DNA of 64,000 nucleotides. Origin: Candidatus Izemoplasmatales bacterium (GTDB lineage Bacteria; Bacillota_I; Bacilli_A; Izemoplasmatales; Hujiaoplasmataceae). The translations under genes and the position numbers were made by a program. Location: assembly GCA_050177605.1 (NCBI GenBank), contig JBFXGX010000004.1, forward strand, positions 1-64,000, written 5' to 3'. Positions 53,360-61,371 of this stretch are shown here, in pieces (the first letter of the stretch is position 1; each line of letters opens with the position of its first letter). The notes beneath the pieces were generated by a model that saw nothing but the letters and a program-made list of their open reading frames with translations, searched no databases and was not told where the DNA came from.

Positions 53360-53533
53360 TTAAGCGAAATATTACAATGACGATTAAAAATGTGGTGGAT
53401 TAGTTGCATTTGAACCAACTCAAGTGATATTTGTATGAAATATATAATGATATATAGCAAAGTAGGATTGAATCCTCTTTATTTGTCTCATTTTATAATT
53501 AAATTTCAATAATAATCTTTTATTTTATAAAAC

Positions 53534-53699
53534 AATGTATTATGATAGATTAGAAGTCTAGATAAAAGTGCAATTTTATATCAAAATATGGGGATAATCT
53601 TATTCATACCAATTGTATAGTTTTCATTAAGTCTTTAGGGGAAAGATTGATGAACAATATATACAGTTTTTTGTGTTATGAAGAAGATTATTTTTTTAT
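53534..53699 (+). repeat. Copy 2 of the duplicated promoter + long-hairpin leader, directly upstream of the defence cluster
   Basis: Core differs from copy 1 by 4 substitutions and one 2-nt indel; followed by AAGGAGG SD of the MBL gene. Confidence 0.85.
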
Positions 53700-53719
53700 G
53701 TTTATAAGGAGGAAAAGGT

Positions 53720-54820
53720 ATGAATATTTTTGAGTTTCATTCAGTCGGACAAGGTTTATTTTATAGTGGACAAATCGACGGCTACAGATTTGTATACGAT
53801 TGCGGAGCATTATCAACTTTACGGAAAACGCCACCAACAACAAATAATGAACCGGCGCTTTTTAAAGCCATTGATCAATACTCAAACAAAAATGAAGGTA
53901 AATATATTGATTTGTTGGTAGTATCACATTTGGATGCTGACCATGTTAATGGAATTCTAGAATTAGCATCTAGATTAAAAATTAAAAAAGTGGTGTTACC
54001 GTATTTTATGCCAATACTATTACGCTCATTTGTATTTAAGGCATACTTATTGGTATTAGGTTTAGATAGAAATGCGTATGATTATTTCTTGGATGGTTAC
54101 GAAAAAGCAATGTCTGAAAATACAGAAACGAACTCTGATATTATTTTTGAGGATACACAATTTTTTCTTTATCCAACGAAACATTCGGAAGCAGTTGAAA
54201 ACTGGCAATTTGTGTTCCTTAATAATCCATATAATATAAGCCCGACTCAAATACAATCATTAGAGGCGAACATCGTTAAACTTTTGAATGCATATGGAAT
54301 ATCTGATTTGGTTGAAGGTTTTCATGATTTTACATTTATCTCCAATTTAAAAAAAATATTTAAAACAATTTTTTCATATATCAATCAAACAAGTCTAGTC
54401 ATGATTCATTACCCACTTATATATAGAAATGTGTATTATGAGTTTGATTGGTTTTTCGAACGGAAATATCTGTTTTTAAGAAGGGAAACTGAGATTTATC
54501 CTCCTTCTGTAACGATGCTTACAGGAGACATAAATTTTGATAAAACAGGAAGCATGGCTGTAGAAGTCAATGATGAGATTATTTTGAGTAATTTATCTTT
54601 ACAAGTCTGTTCGCTACCTCATCATGGATCATACTATAACTTTATTAGTTTTATTTCCTGCATTAATATTTCCAATAGTAATTTAGTAATGAATTATGGA
54701 CTAAAAAACATTAAGAGTAAGTTTCCCGATTTTCGAACTATCACTGAAATAAACAAAATTCCAAATCGACTAATATATGTATATGAATACAGCAATTATA
54801 TATATGAGATAATCACATAA
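53720..54820 (+). CDS. Metallo-beta-lactamase-fold hydrolase (ComEC/Rec2-like, probable nuclease)
   Basis: HSVGQGLF, YDCG, SHLDADHVNG (HxDxDH), LTGD, PHHGS. Confidence 0.85.
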   Translation: MNIFEFHSVGQGLFYSGQIDGYRFVYDCGALSTLRKTPPTTNNEPALFKAIDQYSNKNEGKYIDLLVVSHLDADHVNGILELASRLKIKKVVLPYFMPILLRSFVFKAYLLVLGLDRNAYDYFLDGYEKAMSENTETNSDIIFEDTQFFLYPTKHSEAVENWQFVFLNNPYNISPTQIQSLEANIVKLLNAYGISDLVEGFHDFTFISNLKKIFKTIFSYINQTSLVMIHYPLIYRNVYYEFDWFFERKYLFLRRETEIYPPSVTMLTGDINFDKTGSMAVEVNDEIILSNLSLQVCSLPHHGSYYNFISFISCINISNSNLVMNYGLKNIKSKFPDFRTITEINKIPNRLIYVYEYSNYIYEIIT

Positions 54821-54895
54821 TAATTAAATGTATGATTGTATAAACATTTATTTGGATTTATGAATTAATGTATATTTTGTAGAGCAGGTGATTCA

Positions 54896-55585
54896 ATGAA
54901 TAAAAACATAAATTCTAAAAAAATAGTAGAACTTGAGTCATTACTAAACCCAAATTATTATTATGTTTTTCGAGCTGATGGAGTTGATTTTAAAGAGTTT
55001 AGAGTGGGGAAACTTGATGCCAATGAGTTAGTCCAGTTAGGAGAGGTATTTCATGAAATCTCAAAATTAGTTTTCAAAACATTTCATTTCGTAAAATTCA
55101 TATATTATTTCGATGATGAAATCAATCTAGCGTTCAAAGGAAATCAAATTGGATTTGGAAGAAGAGTACAGAAAAACCTTTCTATTTTGTCAGCGTATAT
55201 CTCAGTTGAATTTAATAGACTTATATCTTTGACTTCGTTTGACGATAAATTGAAAAGAAAAGGCGAATACTATTTTGACGGAAGATTTGTTGAGATAAAG
55301 AAATATGAAGCACTTATAGATTATTTCGAAAAGGAACAAACAAAAAGCTATGTTCAGGTTAAAAATTTACTTACGCATCGTGGAATGCTAAGTAAGAAAC
55401 CTAGCATTAATTATATTATCGCTAACTATTTAGATGATGAAGATGATTTAAGAAGTTATAAATGTCTATTTGGGTGTTTCCTTTCCAGTAATCTCGAAGA
55501 AAGACATATGATTTCGACTGAAGAAGAACTAATTTTAGATATTACTTCGTTGATTGAAAAATCATTTAGTAAGAAACCCAAATAG
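54896..55585 (+). CDS. Thg1-like (tRNA-His guanylyltransferase / 3'-5' polymerase fold) protein
   Basis: YVFRADGVDF (R-x-D-G), YYFDDEINLAF (D-E-I), GRRVQKNLS, YFDGRFV, in Thg1 order and spacing. Confidence 0.75.
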   Translation: MNKNINSKKIVELESLLNPNYYYVFRADGVDFKEFRVGKLDANELVQLGEVFHEISKLVFKTFHFVKFIYYFDDEINLAFKGNQIGFGRRVQKNLSILSAYISVEFNRLISLTSFDDKLKRKGEYYFDGRFVEIKKYEALIDYFEKEQTKSYVQVKNLLTHRGMLSKKPSINYIIANYLDDEDDLRSYKCLFGCFLSSNLEERHMISTEEELILDITSLIEKSFSKKPK

Positions 55586-55609
55586 TATAGATATATTTCG
55601 GAGGTTTTG

Positions 55610-56053
55610 ATGAGTCATAAAAGTAGATTCAATCAAGAATTGAAAAAATCTGGATTAACACCTATCGGTTTTTTGATAGGCATTGTTGCTTTTGTTATAT
55701 CTGGAGCTTGGGTTATTTTTATTTCTATATTATTTATTCTACTTATATATATTATTGTTAATCATTATATTCAAAACAAGTTGTGCTCTAGTATTATATC
55801 CTACTATATTACTTCTGTTGTTATGTCAATTATGGAACTCTTAATTAATTATTTTCCGAATTCCATAGGCGGAGGATTATTTGAGTCTGGATATATTGTT
55901 GCTGATTTTATCACACTAAGTAGTATAATTGATTGGATTATCAAAATACAAACAGATTCTTGGGGCATTATATATGATTGGATTATTGTAATGTCAGCTG
56001 TTATAGTGACTATCGTGTGTTTAATTATTTCGAAAAATAGGCTAAAAAAATGA
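55610..56053 (+). CDS. Small multi-pass membrane protein
   Basis: 3-4 hydrophobic segments; SD GGAGG; starts 21-24 nt after the Thg1-like gene. Confidence 0.7.
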   Translation: MSHKSRFNQELKKSGLTPIGFLIGIVAFVISGAWVIFISILFILLIYIIVNHYIQNKLCSSIISYYITSVVMSIMELLINYFPNSIGGGLFESGYIVADFITLSSIIDWIIKIQTDSWGIIYDWIIVMSAVIVTIVCLIISKNRLKK

Positions 56054-56208
56054 AGTTGAATTTATAATAATCATTCTATTAATGCGAATTGATATATAGA
56101 TAGATATTTGTTTTTCGGCGTATTTTCTATATGAATGTGTAATAATATGCTTCGTTTTCCAAGAATCAAGGATTAGTTTCGAATAGGATAATATATTTAT
56201 GAAAGGCG

Positions 56209-58977
56209 ATGTTGGCGTTGTTTATAATTCAAGAGGATTCATTTCATAACAAGAGTAAAGAGGAAATTAGCAGATATGTGTATGGATCATACAACAAGTT
56301 TAAGTATATGATTTATTATAACGCTTCATACCTAATCTACAAAAAGAGAATAGTAGAATTTGAAAATGATGGTAAAAAAGAAAGAAAAATTCAAGCGCTA
56401 ATCGATTTTATTTATGGAGATTTATCCGATGAAAATTATATTGATTATCTTCTTGATAGAATCGACTATTATCCAGTTATTAAGAAAGAAACGATAATAA
56501 ACGGATCTAAACATATCGCTTTAAATTACTTTATAGATATTCCTGTTGAACTACATATAATTGATGTTATGTGGACCATAATCAAAGGATTGTCATTCAA
56601 AAATGATGAAATGGAAAAGTTTTGGTACGGTAATTTGTTGAATAAAAAGCAATTATACAAACAAAATGCTCATACTCTCAATGATATATTATGGGAAACG
56701 AATTTTCTATTCAATAAATACATTAAGGATTATAATAAATGGATATCTGAGTCTTTGAAATGCATTAAAAATCAATGCAATATTAATGATGATTTAACGC
56801 TGGTATCTTCTGACTTAAAACGATTTTATTACTCTACGAATTCACCATTTAGAGAATTCCCATCAACTACTTATAACTCAATTATCGAGCCTTATTTGAG
56901 TGCTCTTACAGTAGTTATTGAAAAAATGTATCAAAAATATCATTCTATGATAGCTTCTATATCAAAAATCGACATGGGTGAATGTATCCTTCCCATTGGA
57001 CTAACATCATCAATGTTAATCGCAAACGCATATCTCTCCGATTTTGATGATTCGATTTCAAAACTTGATGATGTAATTTTTTATGGAAGATATGTAGATG
57101 ATATGATAATTATTTTTAAGAAAGAAGTTAAACTAGAAGAAGCGAAGAAATTACTTAAATCACTCCTTGAAGAAAATCAGTATAATGTTTCAATTAATGA
57201 GGAGAAAACTGCTGTTTTTTCTTATCATAATTACAATTTTCTTTCTACCGAAGAACGATTTATTAACTATATAAAAACTAAATCGAATAGTTATGTTGGA
57301 AATGAAGACTTAGAAGAAGTATCATTTGAAAGGTATTTTGAATTCGAAAAAAAATACCTCAACAACAATTTGATTTCTAATTCACAATTATCCGAAGATA
57401 TGTTTGTAAAGATTGACGTACATGATGCAATTATATTTATGAACTATATTTACGATTTGATTGATTTTAGTCATGAAGTTAGAGAAGTTATTTACAATAA
57501 GATCACTACATTTATAAACACCACAACCAAATTTACTATGTGGAAAGAAATTTATAGATGGGTGAACTCATTCCAAATCCAAAATGATAGTGTTTTAGAA
57601 ATTGAAAAACTATTGCAGGAAAGATTCAAGAATATGATTGAAAACAATATTGAAGAAATTAATGCCGTCTTTTCAGATAATGTTCATAAGAAACTTATGA
57701 GTACATATGAGGAAATTAATGAGATATCAAAAATACTAGCTCGAGTTGAAGAAAACACACCTTATGCAAGGGCATTTGAATTATCAGGAATGTGTAGAAA
57801 AGACAGTATTATCAAACATCTGGTAATCAATTATAGAGAAAATAAGAAACTATTCAATAATTCGACTGAGTATTATAAGGATTACTATGGAAATTATTTA
57901 CCTTTTATTCACCTATGGGAAGTCGTACTTTTTGACCAGTTAGTGAATTTATCTAAGAAGAACCATAAATCTTATCAAGAATCAGTGCGAACATTTACCG
58001 AGTTAAACCATATTAATGAATTTGATAATATCTATTTTGCTAAATCTATAGAGATGGATAATCTGAATGGAGACGTGATTGTTATCGGTGATCAACAAAA
58101 AATGAATTCTTTTGTTGTTAGTCATCCTAATATTAATCTAGATTCTGATGAGTTCATTCCTTTATCAAAACATCATGTAATACCTAGCACTACTGACACA
58201 AGACTGTTTATAAGGAATTTACTCGACTCATTTGAAAATAATACTAGTACACTGGTATTACCAGAATTATATGTAAAGTTAGAATGGTTGCCTATCGTTG
58301 CCAGAATAGCTCATCATAAAGAATTTAACGTGTCGATGGGTGTTGAAAATCTAGTGTTAGGGCGTCGGTTTTACAATGTAATGATTTCGTTGTATTCTTT
58401 TAGGGATTCATTTTCTCATAGAAACCTTTTTCCAATAGTGCGTGAGAAGAACTTTTATTCATATATTGAACAGGAATGGTGCGATCAACCTTCAGTTAAG
58501 CTTATATGTAGAAATCCATCTACTCCGAAGTACTATCTTGTGAAAAATAAAGGTATTTCATTTGTGGATTATCTATGCTTTGAGATAACGGATATATTTT
58601 CGAGAGCCTTATTCAAAGGGATGGCTGATGTCACTATCTTGCCAATGTTAAATAGAGATACTACCTATTTTGATAACATAATTCAATCTCTTAGTAGAGA
58701 TTTATCTTGTTGTGTTATTACATCAAATTCTGCAACATGGGGTAATTCATCAATCATTCTTCCGAGATCGTCTCATGAAAAAGTGTTAACTGATTTTAAA
58801 GGAGGATTTAATAACTATCTTGTATCTTCTCTTTTACCAGTTTATGAATTAATAAATTTTAATAATAGTTTTTATTGGAAGAATAAAAATATTCCATTTA
58901 AGAAACATCCAGCAAATTATAATCATATATCAATCGACTCACATGAGAAAGAGGATTATAAATTGGATTGGGAGTAG
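56209..58977 (+). CDS. Reverse transcriptase fused to a C-terminal nitrilase (C-N hydrolase) domain; DRT1-like defence RT
   Basis: RT motifs DLKRFYYS (~56812), LPIGLTSS, YGRYVDD (57091-57102); nitrilase triad LPE (58264), REK (58447), LCFE (58576). Confidence 0.88.
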   Translation: MLALFIIQEDSFHNKSKEEISRYVYGSYNKFKYMIYYNASYLIYKKRIVEFENDGKKERKIQALIDFIYGDLSDENYIDYLLDRIDYYPVIKKETIINGSKHIALNYFIDIPVELHIIDVMWTIIKGLSFKNDEMEKFWYGNLLNKKQLYKQNAHTLNDILWETNFLFNKYIKDYNKWISESLKCIKNQCNINDDLTLVSSDLKRFYYSTNSPFREFPSTTYNSIIEPYLSALTVVIEKMYQKYHSMIASISKIDMGECILPIGLTSSMLIANAYLSDFDDSISKLDDVIFYGRYVDDMIIIFKKEVKLEEAKKLLKSLLEENQYNVSINEEKTAVFSYHNYNFLSTEERFINYIKTKSNSYVGNEDLEEVSFERYFEFEKKYLNNNLISNSQLSEDMFVKIDVHDAIIFMNYIYDLIDFSHEVREVIYNKITTFINTTTKFTMWKEIYRWVNSFQIQNDSVLEIEKLLQERFKNMIENNIEEINAVFSDNVHKKLMSTYEEINEISKILARVEENTPYARAFELSGMCRKDSIIKHLVINYRENKKLFNNSTEYYKDYYGNYLPFIHLWEVVLFDQLVNLSKKNHKSYQESVRTFTELNHINEFDNIYFAKSIEMDNLNGDVIVIGDQQKMNSFVVSHPNINLDSDEFIPLSKHHVIPSTTDTRLFIRNLLDSFENNTSTLVLPELYVKLEWLPIVARIAHHKEFNVSMGVENLVLGRRFYNVMISLYSFRDSFSHRNLFPIVREKNFYSYIEQEWCDQPSVKLICRNPSTPKYYLVKNKGISFVDYLCFEITDIFSRALFKGMADVTILPMLNRDTTYFDNIIQSLSRDLSCCVITSNSATWGNSSIILPRSSHEKVLTDFKGGFNNYLVSSLLPVYELINFNNSFYWKNKNIPFKKHPANYNHISIDSHEKEDYKLDWE

Positions 58978-59328
58978 TTATTTGATAAATTCCTATTTTG
59001 AACATAACATTCAAACAAATTTCTTTCATTATATTCACAATTCCGTCTGAGAGTATATATTTCCTATTTCAAGATAAGTACCAAAAAGATGTTTGCGTTG
59101 TCGAAAAATCATTCTGATAAACGTCCCATTTATCCGGTAAATTCTCAGTATAATTTGTTTATAATAGATATGGGATTTAGCAACAAAGCAATTATATTAT
59201 TATTCGCACATATATTAGACTATAGTTAATGTAGTTACAATCTAGTTAATTAATGAAATTAATAGTGAGGTTTAATTATTGCAAAATATCTATAGCGTTA
59301 TAATCATAGAAATATGGAGAAGAGAAAA

Positions 59329-61371
59329 ATGAAAATCGAGAAGATTGAACTAAAGAACTACAGACTTATGCAAAATACTAGTCTTCGTTTAGAGGATTTG
59401 GAGACTGTAATTGTAGGAAAAAACAATACTGGAAAGACTTCTTTAATGTCTTTTTTGCATCTAATAACTGGAGACAAATCAAAAACTTTTCTATTTGATG
59501 ATTACCCGGTTCCCTATAGAAATAGTATTTATGACTTTATACTTACTATAGATTTATTATCTCTTGATGATAATGAAGTCAGAAAAGTTTTTAAAGAACC
59601 GGAATTGCGAATAGAAATTGATTATAGTGATTTTGATGAAAATTCATCTTTGGGTGGATTGAGACCATTTGTAATTGATTTGGAAGAGACAGTTAAGAAA
59701 ACAATTGTGCTTGCTAGATATGATTATATTTTACCGATTACTTCATTACTGTTGATGATTAAAAATATTAGAATACAAAAAGAGTATATTGAAGGTGATG
59801 AAAGTGTAAAAAGGACAATTATCCGTGAACGAATATCATCGTATTTTCCAAATTTTTACAAACTAAATATTTATGCAGTTAATCCGATGACTGAGACAGA
59901 TATTCAATTAAAAACACAAGAAGACTTAAAGAACCTTCTTTCAATCTACTTTGTAAGAGCAGAAAGAGCTATGGATGAATCCGATCAAGGGAATAATAAG
60001 CAACTTGAAAAACTCTTGGATAGAATATTCAGTCCATTAACTGAACTTGATGAAGTAGATGAAACTGATACAACGCCTGAAGGAATCAAAAGAGCAGAAA
60101 TTTTTCGGATGCGAAGCGGAATACAAGAAATGGTTTCAAGCTTTAATTCTGATATAAATGAAAAAATAGATATTAAAATGGTAGAACTAATAAAAAAATC
60201 AATCGGATTTGGATATCCAGACAGTGAAGAAATATCACTTTCTGCAAAGTCTAACATACATATTGATGATTTAATTCGAAGAAATACTGACCTTTGGTAT
60301 GTAGACCCATTAACAAATGAAGTATTACCTAGTTCATTGAACGGGTTAGGATATAAAAATTTGTTGAAAATCGAGTTTGAATTAGTAAACTATTTTCAAA
60401 CAGTTGAAAACGACAAAGAAGGGCGACTTTATTTGCTTTTTATTGAAGAACCTGAATCACATATGCATCCACAGCTTCAACAAAAATTCGTTTCTTTTTT
60501 ATCTGAATTTTTAAAAGGACTGTCATCCAAAAAAATTCAGGTGATTTTGACTACACATTCTTCTCATATTGTCAATCAAGTCAAATTTTCAAGCATAAGA
60601 TATGCAAAAAAAACCGGTCTGTCATTAGAATTAAAGGATTTCAAAGAATTCAGCACAGATAATCCTGATAATGCTGAGTTTATTCAAAAATATTTAACAC
60701 TATATAGATGCGACTTATTTTTCGCGGATAAAGCAATATTATTCGAAGGATCATCCGAACGAATATTAATACCTGAAGTCATTAGAAGACTAGCCCAAAA
60801 CAATAAATTTGTTGGTACTAGTGTGCCACTCGACAGACAATATATATCACTTATTGAAGTTGGTGGCGCATATGCTTATCTATTCTTTGAATTTCTTAAA
60901 TTCCTTGAACTACCATCTTTAATTATTACTGATATTGATTCGATTGATAGTGAACGAAAAAAGTGTGTTGTTAGCGAGGGGGTGTCTTCTTCAAATGCAA
61001 CAATAAAAAAATGGTTTGAACTATATATAAATCCAGATGATAGATCCAAAGATGAAACTTCTTTAGCTAAGATAATAGAACTATCTGAGGACGAAAAAAC
61101 TCAAGGTAACATTCATATAACATATCAAACTGAGGAGAACTCTATCATTGCAAGAAGTTTAGAGGAGTCAATAATCAATATTAATAGAGTTTACTTTAAA
61201 TGCTCACCAGATTCCAATGAAGAAGAAATCAAATGCAAAAATTCATCTAAAATCGATTTTGCATTGAATCTCATATTTGATAACCCCAATTTTGTCATTC
61301 CTCATTACATTGAAAGTGGGTTGACTTGGCTAAATAGTGCAAATAAAAGTGAGGTTATTCATCGTGAATAA
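59329..61371 (+). CDS. gajA: OLD-family ATP-dependent nuclease (ABC ATPase + TOPRIM), GajA-like
   Basis: IVGKNNTGKT, GLGY, IEEPESHMHPQ, TTHSSH, FEGSSE, TDID. Confidence 0.85.
   Translation: MKIEKIELKNYRLMQNTSLRLEDLETVIVGKNNTGKTSLMSFLHLITGDKSKTFLFDDYPVPYRNSIYDFILTIDLLSLDDNEVRKVFKEPELRIEIDYSDFDENSSLGGLRPFVIDLEETVKKTIVLARYDYILPITSLLLMIKNIRIQKEYIEGDESVKRTIIRERISSYFPNFYKLNIYAVNPMTETDIQLKTQEDLKNLLSIYFVRAERAMDESDQGNNKQLEKLLDRIFSPLTELDEVDETDTTPEGIKRAEIFRMRSGIQEMVSSFNSDINEKIDIKMVELIKKSIGFGYPDSEEISLSAKSNIHIDDLIRRNTDLWYVDPLTNEVLPSSLNGLGYKNLLKIEFELVNYFQTVENDKEGRLYLLFIEEPESHMHPQLQQKFVSFLSEFLKGLSSKKIQVILTTHSSHIVNQVKFSSIRYAKKTGLSLELKDFKEFSTDNPDNAEFIQKYLTLYRCDLFFADKAILFEGSSERILIPEVIRRLAQNNKFVGTSVPLDRQYISLIEVGGAYAYLFFEFLKFLELPSLIITDIDSIDSERKKCVVSEGVSSSNATIKKWFELYINPDDRSKDETSLAKIIELSEDEKTQGNIHITYQTEENSIIARSLEESIININRVYFKCSPDSNEEEIKCKNSSKIDFALNLIFDNPNFVIPHYIESGLTWLNSANKSEVIHRE

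Noticed and set aside
56209..58977. RT considered as group II intron, retron or DGR RT
   Set aside because: C-terminal nitrilase instead of maturase/endonuclease, no interrupted host gene, no evident msr-msd inverted repeats, no template/variable repeat pair or avd-like gene
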